Origin: Patellaria atrata CBS 101060
Lineage: Eukaryota
NCBI GenBank assembly: GCA_010093705.1
Contig: MU006096.1
Location: forward strand, 704,004-768,003
Direction: 5' to 3'
Length of the DNA: 64,000 nucleotides
Shown here one piece after another: positions 1 to 13,206 of this stretch (the stretch's first letter is position 1; every line of letters begins with the position of its first letter). The notes under the pieces were generated by a model that saw only the letters and a program-made list of their open reading frames with translations, was not told the DNA's origin and ran no database searches. Position numbers and translations under genes: made by a program.

Positions 1-89
1 TTGTCTGGCTTGAACTCCGAACAAAAGATTAAAAGTCTGCCCCGCAGAAGTACTCCTCATACTTTATTATTAGAATGCGATGGGGAAGT

Positions 90-1978
90 TTAACCTAACA
101 CCATGCCTCGTAATCCTGCCATATCACCTTCTTTTGCTGCAATTTCAAAATAGCCATAGATGATAGTAACCGCAAGCAAAATACCGGTACCACTGCCGAG
201 AGCGCCGAGGAGATCACTGGCAACTGAGAGAGCACCAATGCAAGCACCACCAAAAGCGGCCTATCAGAAATTAATATGGGTACATGATCATTTGGGAAAA
301 TTTCAAAACTTACAGCAGTTGGGATGACACGCTTCAATTCCTTGTACATGCTCTGTTCACGGTGACCAGCCATAACAAGACCTTGTTCCTTGAGCTGCTT
401 CGCAACGTCACGTGGGCTGCTTCCAGAGACCTCGATCCACTAAGAAAGAGATTAGCATTAACGATTGACTAAGCGTGGAGATGGAAATACTTACGGTCTT
501 TGAGAAAACAGCACAAGCAACCAACATATAAGCTATGTAGACAGCTGTGTGAACAGGATCAAGAAGAGCTTCAGTAAAATTAAGAGGTGGAGACATGTAG
601 TACGCAATTCCAGAAGCGGCATAAAGTTGGGCAGATCCATCGCGACTCTCCCAAACACCGATGAGACGGACCAGGAGGTTCTCAGAGAAGCGAGAATAGA
701 GCATCTGGCTGACAAGGAAGATGTTGGAGGATAGAGCAGACTGCAACATGATAGGCATGTTTGAGGTGTAGAACAAGCGGACTGGGTAGCTACCGCGCAT
801 ACCTCTCTGGCGTGAGGATTTGACCGGAATTTCAACACGGAAACCTTGGAGATAGATGACCGCAGCAAAGACAGCAACGGTAGCCAGCAAGTTCATAATG
901 TTGGGAAGGTTCTGTCTGTAGAAAGCCTCACGGAGAGCCAATTGCTTGTTGGGCCAAGTGATCAGAAGATGGAATAGAGCGATGATCGCGCCCTCAAACT
1001 CGGGGCCTCTGCCGGTATTGACAGTGGTGGGAGAGAATGCCTTCCAGACGATAGATTCGCAGATGTTGGTCGCAATGAAGAGCGAAATACCGGAGCCAAG
1101 ACCATAACCCTTCTGGAGAAGTTCGTCCAAAAGGATGACGATGAGGCCAGCAATGACGAGCTGAACAACCAAAAGAACACAGACACCCATGCCAAGATCA
1201 GAAGGTTGACCGTATAGACCGGTAATAACATACACGCAAGCTTGACCAAAGGAGAGGATGATCGCAAGGAGTTTTTGGGCAGTCTGGTAAAGTTCACGGT
1301 CGCTTTTAAGGTCACTAATCAACTGCGTTAGCTTATGTCGGTCCGAATGAATTATATGTTCCCGTCCGATGCACAGTTCAGATGGGAAGACCCAGGAGCA
1401 GGGGTTGGACATACAGATTCACGTCGATAAGGTGAGTACCAGCTAGAAGCTGGAAAACCATTCCTGAAGAAATAATTGGTGTGATACCCAATTCCATCAA
1501 TGTACCTCTGTTACTAGCCAACATCATACGTAGCCAATATAGGGGGTCAGAGGTGTCCGATGACACAATACCATACCTGAGAATGTTAGAGAGGATTTTG
1601 CAGGCTATTAGTCGTCTTCTGAACTCACAATGGCATCTGGCTCATGACCAAGAAGATCAATAGTGTCGTTCCTGTCCATACTAGACGCTAAAAGCCGGTA
1701 GCTATTAGCAAGTATAATTTGTGGGTGTGATTCAGCTCCAGTGCGAAATCTCCGTATCCCTTGAGCTCGGAGGTTCCCTTTGGTTGAAATTGAGGTCGCC
1801 ATACCTGATTGAAAGCAACCTTGGTCTCCGGAGAGCTAACCTCTGGTAGTAGAGGTGTAAATGGTTTCACCAAATCGAGAAAACGTACTGCGCACAGAAA
1901 ATAAAAACATTAGCAAGGTCCCTGAATTGTGAGTTACATCGAAGCTGGATGAAAAGGGATAGACTCACAGCCGCTCAT
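90..1978 (-). CDS. SEC61: Protein transport protein Sec61 subunit alpha (ER translocon), multi-exon
   Basis: Spliced reading [13 protein letters not shown]...[21 protein letters not shown]...[14 protein letters not shown]...[15 protein letters not shown]...GMVLG*; GT-AG introns; ATG at 1978, TAA at 92-90. Confidence 0.97.
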
Positions 1979-2315
1979 GTTGGACTTATCGCTGGACCAA
2001 GAGCAGCTAAAGATGCGAAAAGAGAATGTTATGAGAAAAGGAGTGATGTGGGCTGCGGATGTGATGGCCCTTTTGCTGCTTCGAAACCTTTAATTCATAC
2101 GTGTCCGACAAAGAGGGAGAGCATTGTGGACCGAGCTTGCTGATTCAGCAGCACAAATTCCGGGGCAACATCACCTCGCATCCATGTCGTTCCGTCTCTT
2201 GTTGCTTTCATATTAAAAACCCCCACCACCTGGTAATTCTCCAAATAACTACAAACTCTTCAACTAAGTACTTTAACGCCGAACACACGTATACTATCCT
2301 AAGCATCACGTCAAC

Positions 2316-2850
2316 ATGGGATCAGTTGTCCTCCCTCATCTCGTCACCGGCTGGCATGTAGACCAAGGTAGCCACCACCCTCCAGTTTGTGCAAGAATGT
2401 CCGCTAACCACCTCTCTAGCTATCATGTCCGAAGAAGAGCGCCTCGTTGTGATCCGCTTCGGTCGCGACTGGGACCCTGACTGCATGCGACAAGACGAAG
2501 TACTCTACAAGATCGCCGATAAAGTTAAGAACTTCGCCGTCATCTACGTGTGCGATCTGGACCAAGTACCCGACTTTAAGCAGATGTACGAGCTCTACGA
2601 TACCATGACACTGATGTTCTTCTTCCGCAACAAGCACATGATGTGTGATTTCGGTAAGTTACCTCTCTCATCCCATCCGCGACATAGCCGCTAATTGTTA
2701 ATAGGAACGGGTAACAACAACAAACTCAACTGGGTTCTCGAGGATAAACAGGAGTTGATCGATATTATCGAGACAATCTATCGCGGAGCCAAAAAGGGTA
2801 GGGGTTTGGTCGTCAGTCCAAAGGACTACTCCACACGTTACAGGTACTGA
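2316..2850 (+). CDS. DIB1: Spliceosomal U5 snRNP thioredoxin-like protein Dim1/Dib1 (TXNL4A)
   Basis: MGSVVLPHLVTGWHVDQA|IMSEEERLVVIRFGRDWDPDCMRQDE...FRNKHMMCDFG|TGNNNKLNW...GLVVSPKDYSTRYRY*; 2 introns; divergent from SEC61. Confidence 0.96.
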
Positions 2851-3426
2851 GCCACCTGGTATCATCCCTGGATCACCCATCATGTAGCACCAACGGATGT
2901 TATGAGGCCTCAAAACGACGCGAATTACGAAACTATATTGGGCCATATCAGGCCCTTAATACTAAGCTGCAAGATTGAACTATGGACTGGAACGTGGGTG
3001 GATGGGTCAATGGAATGGTTGGTCTCACTTTGTCAATTCACTTATTACTTATGAGATGCTAATAACACACTTCCAAAGCATACTCGACACCAAACTGCTT
3101 GTAAGTGCTTCTGACATGACAGACCTTGATCTCACAGTATTGAAGGCCATTTCTATGTTGAAAAGTGAACCCCTTACGACCTTAGCCCATGTAGGTAGGT
3201 CTAAATCTCTTCAAGTCATACGAGAGGAAATTTAAGCACAAGGTTGGATGTAACCAGCACTCCTATTATAGCTACAATACCTTATATACAGTAACTTGAC
3301 AACATGGTATCAGTCGTGTAAACTTGGATAAACCATCAACGTTCAAATTTTCCCCCAAAAGCTCCCCAACGCCATCTACCCCCTAAATGCAATGCTAGTC
3401 TCCTACCCCTTGATCAAAGACCTACA

Positions 3427-5877
3427 CTACGACTTCGAGGATCCAAAGAAATGATGCTTCTTTTTCTTCTTCTCCGGCTCCTTTCCCAACTTAATAATTC
3501 CCCCCGTATGACTCGCACTCCCATTCTGCTTCTCCGCTTTCGCCGGGTTCAGACTCATCGTATGCATCGCGTTTACCGGTGGTGCCGGCGCCTTCGGCAA
3601 GCCCACCGGCTTCTTCAAGCTCGGATCGTGGGGCGGCGGTTTCGGCGGCGTTTCCTTCTCGAACAGATGTGCCGGAGCCTTGGGCGGGGGTTGCTCGGCC
3701 GGGATGCCCAGACGGCGCTTATCGACGCTCAAGTCGCCGACTTGGCGCATGAAGAGGCCCGGCGTGAGCATATGCGATGTGACGAGGAAGACATCGCGCG
3801 AGGTTTGACGGGAGATTTCGTAACAGGCGCGGGACTCGGAGTATGTTGCGCCTCCGGCCATGAAAATAATCACACGCTGTCGAGGCTCGACGGACGAAAG
3901 CCGGGATTTGGCCCAGGTGGGTTTGGCACTACGGAGGGAGGCGGCTGAGACGGTGTCTTGGGGTGCGCCGTCGTTGGTATCTGTGTGGGGTTTGGTGTAG
4001 GGGAAGGTGGTCTGTTCGAGGGAGCCGCGGACGTGGTCTTCGAGCATGTGTTTGATCGCTGTTTCGAAGCGGGAGAGTGCGTATTCTTCTTGGTTGCCTG
4101 CAGGGGGCGGTTTCTGGGGGAACAGACGCTGCTGTGGGGGTTTGGTGTCCTTTAGAGGTTTCGCTACTCTGGCACCAAGGAGCTCCAGGTTTTGGATCAT
4201 TTCGCCGTCTTGGGAAGGCAATTGTGCGTGTAGGAGTAGCTTCTGCAAATCAGCTGGTAACAGACCGTCCTTATACAATAAGTATAAAGTGATCAATCTA
4301 AGCCGATCCGAATGGTTTACGGCTTCCTCGTCAAGTGTCCGAACTATCTGATCTGCCAAATTTTTAGGCTTACGATAATCCTCATCTAGTCCGGTTGCTA
4401 AAGACTATTCTTTGTCAAATCTTGGAACTCTTCCCGTGTAAAATACACATACCTGCTCTACAGATGCAAGATCTGGAAGCTTATGATGCTCAAAAATGTT
4501 CATGCACTCCTGAGCCATGCTCAAATGTAAGGAGTACGCTTCTTTCATTTCTTGAAATTGAGGAAGCCCCGCAAGCATATCCTTTATGGCATTTAGATTG
4601 CTTGCATTATCACTATCTGACTGAGTGAAGTGAGGATTCTCCGCAATAAATTTTTGAAAATCACCCATCAGCTTTTCAATTGTATCTTTCATATGTCTAT
4701 GTCGGTTCTCGACCCAGATCTTGTCTTTTTCCCCGATCTCCAATTCCTTTTCTTCCTGGTCAAGCCGGCCTTCATTAACTATGGTTTTATAAGTAACTTT
4801 ATCGCCTTCTTTGATGGGTAATAGATCGTGAGCCATTGACTGGTAAGTAAATTCATGAACAAACGGTGCAATGAGATCCATAGAGCGGTCAACAATGTAA
4901 AGAGCGCCTCGAGGTCTGTTCGTCACAGGAGGGAAGTTCTCGTGAAACTTAGCGTACTGATCTATCTCGTCTTGAATAAACCGTGCAAGGTGAGAGCAGA
5001 GTACACTGGCTTCATGAGTAGGTTCACGTGGCCTATAGTAACGTATGGTGGGATATTCTCCTAGAGACACACACACTGACACAACCTTTGCGGCGGCGCT
5101 GTTCAGCTATTGCTTCTACTGATGCGGGATGGCAAGATTGAAGCGTACCTTCTGTGCAATGCCTTCCATATGCTGTCGTACTAAATTATTGCACGCAGGA
5201 TGGAAGAGTATTGGAAAGCTCCATGGATCTCGGAAAGTGACAACGTGCGACTCCCTAGGAAAGAAATCAATGTTTAACACCCTAAATAGTGCGATCTGCT
5301 CCCTGGCCATAGCTGATCTGTCTATTCTTTCTCGTAACGGTGGTGCCAACACTATATAAATCAGCTAAGATGAAGCATTGAGCTGTGTCTCCGTAGACTA
5401 ACGTGAGGTCCATATAAGAAAAGATCTCCTATACCGCCGACGTTCAAAATCGGCCATTATGCAGTCCACAATATGCGGCAGGGGTGATAGGAGGTAGATG
5501 GCGTCCATGTCCTTGTTCATGGGCCGCCGGTCCTCTATCTGCTCAATATCTGGAATCTTTCTCAGTACTCAGAAATCTTGGTATAGAATAAATATTCATA
5601 CTTGTAATGTTTTCATTGAGAATGTCATCTTCCTTAACTACATTATCGACTAGCTTGCGACTTGCGGTATCTAGTACAAGGACTTTCCACTGTTCGAGAC
5701 GGCTAGATATTAGTTGCGGGGCGAAAGGGTGAGAAGACAACTATGACGAACCTCGCCGCGCGCAGTATTTCTGATGGTATCAATGATTACTGTAGACAAT
5801 TCTTAGCTATATGAAGACACGGTGGGATTCCTCAGATACTGACTATCGCGCTGGGTGTCTATGATTGAGACACCCAT
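3427..5877 (-). CDS. SEC1: Sec1/Munc18 (SM) family exocytic protein Sec1, multi-exon
   Basis: MGVSIIDTQRD..., WKVLVLD, CVSLGEYPTIRY, DRSMDLIAPFVHEFTYQSMAHDLL, RVIIFMAGGATYSESRACY, basic C-terminal tail. Confidence 0.94.
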
Positions 5878-6249
5878 TGCGGGCAACTGCTCCGCCGAGG
5901 TGTATTCGGGCTGCTTGTGGGAAGCTTAGAGTGAGCCTTGAGAACTACAGACTCGATACCAGACTATGGAAGTACTATGGACACAATTCTGAAGCTTAAA
6001 GAGTTTAAAGGGGAAAGGTTGTAGTCGTTATTGAAGGGAGGGGTGTGTAGGAGGTACGTCAATTTGCGGATGCTCTTTCAAGGGTCTGTGATGTTCATTC
6101 AAGAAATTTGACCTCTTCAAACATTCCCCGTCCAGACATCACAAATCCCCAACGACTGCCTTAACCGGTTCCATTGGCATTTGATTCTCGCAGGAAATGT
6201 GTTAAACCCATTTCCTACCTAGACCTCCTCAAGTTGAACTGCCTCTGGC

Positions 6250-9098
6250 ATGCAAACCATCGGCAAATCGTCTGGAGAGTGCCTCTTCTGTGCCCTAGTA
6301 CGATCATGTCGCCCTCGACCTCTAGCGACGAGGGTCTCGTCCAAGAGAGCCCGCATTTCAGATTATAGGAATATAATCTCTCCTGTTCGCATTCGTAAAC
6401 ATTTTTTTGAGGGCAAGGTTTGATTTCCAGTTCCTATCTCTTTAGACTATTGCTAACTACATTATAAAGACCAGGGATGGAGCCTCGAATGCATTTGAGT
6501 CCACGCGAAATACAGGCTCCCCAAATTTCAAAATAAAGAGTTTCAATCATGACGAATTCCGGTACACGAGCCGTATGAAACCAGAAGACTTCAAGAATCT
6601 CATCATCGAACAACTGAGTAAATTAAGAAACGAACTATATGACCCTAAAGTTCTGGAGGGTATAGAACTCAGCAAGTCCAGTTTCGAAAAGAAGTATGCA
6701 CAATACTGCCGACACGTTGTCGACGGCGTTTCCATCTCTAGGAGCGAGCTCGCATTCTCCCTCCGTGGCGTGTATGGCCGGAAGAACGTCTTTGGTCTAT
6801 ACGAGCAGCTCAAGTACAATTTCTACGATTTCCTTACGGGAACTAGCTTTACCAAAACCGACATCCAAAATCAGAAAGCGTTGGCAGATCTTCGATACCC
6901 CAGCGAATGGTATCCCACGACTCGCAGGCTTCAAAGGACGCTTCATCTCCACGTAGGACCCACAAATTCGGGGAAGACGTATCATGCCCTTCGGCGATTG
7001 GAGGCGGCCGATTCTGGAATATATGCTGGTCCACTACGACTTCTAGCTCACGAGGTCTTTACGCGGCTCAATGCTAGTGGGAAGAGATGTGGATTGGTGA
7101 CAGGAGAAGAGAGGAGGTATCCCGATGGCGATGCAGACAACCTTCTCAAGATGTTTAGTTGTACGGTCGAGATGGCCCCTGCCAACTTGCACTGTGAAGT
7201 CGCAGTCATTGACGAGATCCAAATGATAAATTCGGAAGATCGTGGATGGGCTTGGACACAGGCGCTGATGGGACTATTGGCTAAGGAGATTCACCTCTGC
7301 GGAGAAGAGCGCATCGTACCGTTGATCGAGGAAATAGCAGCATCCATGGGGGAAAAACTGGAGGTACACAGATATAAACGCTTGAGTCCCTTACAGATGG
7401 AAAGTCGAAGCCTCGGGGGAAACTTGAATAAACTTCGGAAAGGTGACTGCATCGTGTCGTTTACGGTTGTGGGTATTCATGCGCTCAAACGTGAAATTGA
7501 GAAGAAAACAGGGAAAAGAGTAGCGGTCGTGTATGGTACCCTTCCTCCTCTGACACGCGCCCAGCAAGCTGCCTTATTCAATGATCAGGATAACGACTAC
7601 GACTTTCTAGTGGCAAGTGATGCGATTGGTATGGGGTTGAATTTGTAAGTTTTCTATTTTGAAGGTGGGAATTACGACTGATCGAATTATTAGGAGCATC
7701 CGGAGAATCATCTTCGAAACCGTCTGGAAATTCAACGGCGTCGAAAAGACCGCCTTACCCATCCACGAAATCAAGCAAATCGCCGGACGAGCAGGCCGCT
7801 ACCGCACCGCCCAGCAATCTATCCAAGAGAAGTCCCAGAAGACAGGTGACGGGGAGACCACCATCGCAGAGGATGCCCAAACGTCTGAACCCGCCCCAAA
7901 CGTCGGGCTCGTCACAACTCTTGAACAGATCGACTTCCCCCTCGTCGAGCATGCCCTCCGCTCCGAAGGCGATCCCATCATGACCGCAGGCTTGTTTCCC
8001 CCACAACATGTTGTCGAGCGCTTCGCATCCTATTTCCGTCCCGGGACACCCTTCTCCTACATCATGCTCCGCTTACACGAGATCTCCCAAGTACACCAGC
8101 GCTTCCACCTCTGCCGCTTACGGGACGTCATTGCCATTGCAGACGCTATCCAGCCGGTCCGCAAACTGACGATTGCAGATAGGTATCTGGTCACCGCCGC
8201 ACCGGTCAGGGTCAAGGACCAGTATGGACGGCAACTCATCAACGCGCTGGCGAAGTGTATCGGCGAGCAAGGCGACGGCGACCTCCTCTCGATCAAAGAA
8301 ATCGAACTCGAGATCCTAGACCAGGAGATTACAGGCACGAAAGCCCAACTCGCGGCCCTCTCCCGCCTCCATCAAGCGCTATCCCTCTACCTCTGGCTCA
8401 GCTACCGCTTCTCTGGCGTCTTCGTTAGCAGGGAACTCGCCTTCCACGCTAAGGACCTCTGCGAGAAGGCCATCGAGACTTGTCTCAGCCAGTTCACGTT
8501 CACGACGAGGCAGCGGCTCATGATCGCGGAGAAGAGGAAACGAAGGATGTTGGAGGATCTGGCGCAGCCGACGGAGGCCAAGGATATGGATCGGGGTGAT
8601 ATTGCTGCTGGTGAGGAGTTTGAGGAGACCCCGATCAGTGATGGTGAGGAGGAGGGGGAGGAGTTTGAGGGGACCCCGATCAGTGATGGTGAGGAGGAGG
8701 GGGAGGAGTTTGATCTCGAGCTTGAGGGTGTCGTGGGCGCGCAGCAAAGACGACAACGTCAGGAAGGAGGAGTTGAGGACCTTGATTTCGACCTCGACGC
8801 TGATCCTAACATCCCTCGTCTCCAACATAGTCCTTTACAGCACCTCACGGAGCAATACACGCAAGATAACTCCAGGGAAGACGCCGAGGCCCGAAACTTT
8901 GATGCCGAGTCCAACGTATCTTCTGCCGATAGCAGAAGCGAGCGGGCTAACTCCGAATGCAAAGGTCCGCTCTGGGGAACTCATGTAGACCAGGGAGAAT
9001 TGCAGAAGGGCGACAGCTCGAATCCAGAAAGCTCGGATGCAGTCCTGCCGCCGTCTGTCGAGGAGCCGAGGAGAGAGTCTAAGTATGGGATATGCTAA
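6250..9098 (+). CDS. SUV3: Mitochondrial ATP-dependent RNA helicase Suv3
   Basis: HVGPTNSGKT, YAGPLRLLAHE, IDEIQMI, RGWAWT, VASDAIGMGLNL, QIAGRAGR; proposed exons 6250-6417, 6470-7644, 7694-9098; basic presequence-like N-terminus. Confidence 0.94.
8613..8713 (+). repeat. 45-bp tandem duplication inside the SUV3 C-terminal tail
   Basis: gaggagtttgagg(a/g)gaccccgatcagtgatggtgaggaggagggg x2 plus partial third copy; encodes EEFE(E/G)TPISDGEEEG. Confidence 0.92.
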
Positions 9099-9552
9099 CG
9101 GGATTAGATACTGTACCACCACCGTAGGGGAGACTGTGAGACTTTTGAAACGTACTGCAGTACGATATCGGCGTTGTGATCTTTGCATTCGTGGGGTATG
9201 GAGCATGGACAGATGTCTGGATGGACGTACTTGTAAGTATTCAGATAGGGTAGAAGGCATACCGCGTTTCGGCCTGTGCTGTTTTGTACGTGTAGAAATG
9301 TGTAGGATAGGTTATTGTACGGGAAGGTGTAGGTGTATGTACGAATAGGTCATCTCACTCTCCCCCCATCGTGTCTGAGCCAAAACCCCGCCGATACTAA
9401 CAATGCTTCTTCACACCCACCGACTCCAAATCACGTAGACGTCCGCCATGTATCCCTTACGGTAACCCAACCCAACCCAACCCGAACGCCGAACCCCAAA
9501 TCCATCATTCATAGCCCATCATCCGGAAGGGTAACCATCCATCATCCCAACC

Positions 9553-11194
9553 CTAACGCCCCCTCCTCGCCCTCCCCACCATGACAAAAGCCCCATAACT
9601 CCACGTCAAATCCCTCGCCCCCCTCCCCTCCCCCGTGACCCTCCCAAACTGCTCACCCATCCCGCCCCTTCTCCCCGTATACCTCCCCACCGTGCGCACA
9701 AACGCATCCCCCGCCCCTCTCAACGCGCTCACCGCAGCTTCAAACACCGGTGTCCCGGCCTCGTACGTCCCCTCCAACTCCGACCCCGTGGAATTCAGCA
9801 AATGGCTCCAAAACGGGGCCGACAGTGGGGATATATGAAGAGAGTTCGTGGTGGTTAGATAGGAGGCGGTCCGATATAAAATCTCGGCGGCGGCGGCCGT
9901 GCACAGGAACCACGGATTTCCCCCGTCGGGCGCGGTGGCGTAGCCTGTGTACCGGTCCTCCGGGTAGCGGCCTAGCGCCACGCCGGCAAGTATGTCCGGA
10001 TTCTCTGTTTCAGCACCCGTGTCTGGGTCCGAGTTGATGGGAAACCGGGCGCGCTGGTCGCGGATGAAGGCTAGGAGTGTGAGGAGGACTTCGGGGGCGT
10101 GGGGCGGGTAGGGAGATGGAGACCGGGTGGGGGATTTGGACGTCCCGTGGAGAGCGCCGAGGAGGATTGCGCAGTCCAGGCCGCTGCGCGAGGGGGCGTC
10201 GAGGGTTTCGATGAGGTGGTGTTTCTGCGGGGACCAGAAAGAGGGGAGGAGGGTCGCTTGTATGGAGTGTGCTTGGAGGGTGTACCAGGCCGCTGCGCCG
10301 GGGTCGCCGAAAGCGGCTGCGAGGGCGGCGCCTTCAGTTAGGGCGCGGTGTTGGACCATGGCGGTGAAGAAATGGAGGCCGGGGAGTTCCTCCCAGAGGT
10401 CGAAGCCCGGGTAGCGCCAGTTGTGGGAGGTGTATTCGAGATCGGCTTTGATTGTGCTGTCGACGGGGAGGACGGGGTTGTAGAGGGGTTTGAAAAATTT
10501 GTCTCGCTCGTTGCTGGCCCATAGTGAAGGATGGGATGCGTTGTAGGCTCGCACGAAGGCCATCAGTGCTAGTGCTCTTAGGGCTGGTCCGTCTCTTTGG
10601 GGTCTCCCCCAGTTGCCGTTGAATGCAGATCCGTTCGCGTGGAATTTCGGCTCTCCAAGGCCGGAGAGGTCATCGTATCTTCCGGATATGTTATCTACGT
10701 GTTGAATCTTTGCTTGGAGATCTGCATAATCCTGTACAATTCTGAGAAGCTTTGATGAGAGGTCATCGTAAGGGTCCTCGGCGTATAATTCAACCAGTGT
10801 GGAAATGGTGATAGCAGCGTCACGTACCCCTGGTCAGTCATAGAGAATTAGTTTCCGACGTTGAAGAGTAATTCCATAGAGCCATCTTACATTGATAGTA
10901 GTAGTCGGGATGCTCTCTTGAGGGACTCGCTATGACTGAACCTGGCGCTGCATCTGCTACATTCTTGCCATTTGGAGCTATATTTGCTAGCAGCCTATCA
11001 AGAGCAATTTCCTCCTCATCTTGAATCCAATCATCTAAGGATTGCTGAAATCTAGATGAGGGACTGGGGATGGTCGGTTCTTGAAGTAAGAGTAGCTGTC
11101 TCTGCTCTTGAGAATCTGCAATCGGAAGAACAGATTCGGCAAGAGCATAGAGTACAGCGTAAGCAATGAGAATGAAGGGCACAATGAAGACCAT
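9553..11194 (-). CDS. Glucoamylase, glycoside hydrolase family 15, no starch-binding domain
   Basis: GSVIASPS...PDYYYQ|WVRDAAI, WGRPQRDGPALR, DLWEE, GRYPEDRY, GGNPWFL, EQF, DLTWSY; intron 10830-10890; hydrophobic N-terminus. Confidence 0.92.
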
Positions 11195-12740
11195 GATTAA
11201 AGAAAGTATATATCGACCAGTCGAGGTCTTTATCGTCTATTGTTTATGATTTGTATAGGTGAAGGCGGACAGGTTACGTAAACTTCAGAGTGCAGAAAGA
11301 CTCTGAAGGAAATAGAGGAACTACATGAGTGAGGAAAGAAGGAAAGAAAGTACAGGTAAGAGCGAGTCACACGATGATATATTTGTAGAGAAAATGTGCC
11401 ACGATCAAGGACGTAGCCTATGGGAATACGACGTGTTATACTCAGACCAGTCAGCGAGAGTCAGTCAGCATACAACTACGTGGATACGGACGTCAACGGA
11501 TAATAAGCGTCCTTTCATGTATCATAATATGCCTCGCGTCGGCGACAAAGGATGTAAAGAGCACATGGTACATCTTTGGCTTGTACGGTGCACGTCACAG
11601 AATGTGGGAGTCTTTCTGTATTACATAGGTACTCATAAAGGCCGCGGAGACCGGAGTGTGCGGGGAAGTGCTTTGACATACAGTATCGCTTGCTGTACGA
11701 GTCCTGTACTGTACATTCCGTAGACCAATTTTGTCTTGGTGTACGGAAAAAAGAGGCTTGAGAATATCTTGCTGAGTGCGGGTGGTTATTGATGTGCAAA
11801 AGAACAGGTGGTCGTCTAAACGAAGATTTGGAGTCGTGTGACAGGAAAGCTTCCCTTTAGCTTCCCGGTTTAAACAGTTCCTGCATCAACGCCAGCAGCA
11901 GATCGGCTGGATTAAGTACCGTATACTTCAGGAGGGTTAGTATAGTCGAGGAGCCATAGAGTAGATGGTCCTAAGTCTGTTGAGGTAATCGACATGCGAA
12001 GGTATCTGTACAGAACAACAACCTTCACTGGACTGGTGATATCAAAGACCACTTTATAACCTCTCCGTGATGAAAAGAGGTGATTCCAAAAGTTTGCACA
12101 CAATTCGTAATGAGCATGCTCAAGCGACCGAGAATCACAGTTCTGTTCACACTCTGAATACGCTCTATTTCAACCAACTACATACACCAGGAAATAAAAC
12201 CCCGGCAATATGTGACGTCTGATGCAAGATTTTATACCTATCTGGAAACCACTCCGGCGTCACATAGTACAAACATGCTGTGGGCCCTTTTGAGGCAACC
12301 CGAGAAATCGTACCTAGATTGTACTCCGCTAGCGTCCAAGTATCATCTTCGCGCGGATCGTGGTTGGCGTCCCCTCTGCGGATGTCTACCGAACAAGTGA
12401 TGGGAAACGTCCTAATTCCGTAGTATAGGCCAACCTTTGCTGACTGTACGCTTAAGTTATACGTATGGTTGTGCGTTATTCGTACCTTTTCAATGGCTTT
12501 TGTACATGGTTCGAAACCACGGTGGGAGTGTCCCCACTGTACGTAAATTTATAACGAAGGTCCTACATGACTGAGAAACCTTTCCGGAATTTTGACCTTT
12601 CCTGTACTGTATGGTAAGGCAAGCAACCAGCATGAGAGTGACCGTGTATTATGCCAGGATTGCGACATTGGCGGAAGATCAATGCCAGATGCTCTGTTTC
12701 GAGATGAGGGATGGATTCTAGGATAGTATTCATCGTTTTT

Positions 12741-13206
12741 TCACAGCTTTGTCTGGCCATTCCCAGCTTGGACAGGCCGCTTCGGCTCGTAAATGTACCC
12801 ATGCGCTATGGGACTTTGCCCTCGAGATGCATCGGGAGGAAGCGGGAATGGAGGTCTTCGAAATGAATCTGTGAAAAATACTGGGTGTCTTGTGGAGCTA
12901 TCTTGCTGTATTATTGTCTTCGGTATATGTCCGAATGCCGGACAGGATTGTAGAGGGCTCAAAGTGTGAGATGGTAGTACGAAGGGTGGCATCTCTTCAA
13001 CCTGGCTCCTCGGTTTCATGGTGGGATCCGTACGGGACAAACTTGTTCCTGATACCTGAGTATAAGTAGTACGGATTTGCTGACGGCTAGCAGGAGATGG
13101 ATGAGGTTGTGGAGGATGCTGTATCGCTCAGTTGTTAGAACAAAGGTTACAACGATATGTGGTGGTGGCTCACCCTTGGCCTTGTCGGTTGAAGAATAGA
13201 GAGCAT
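12741..13206 (-). CDS. Putative small proline-rich orphan protein (136 aa, 2 exons)
   Basis: Exon 1 13206-13174 (MLSILQPTRPR); 55-nt GTGAGC...CTAAC...CAG intron 13173-13119; exon 2 13118-12741 in frame with ORF 12741..13040. Confidence 0.5.
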
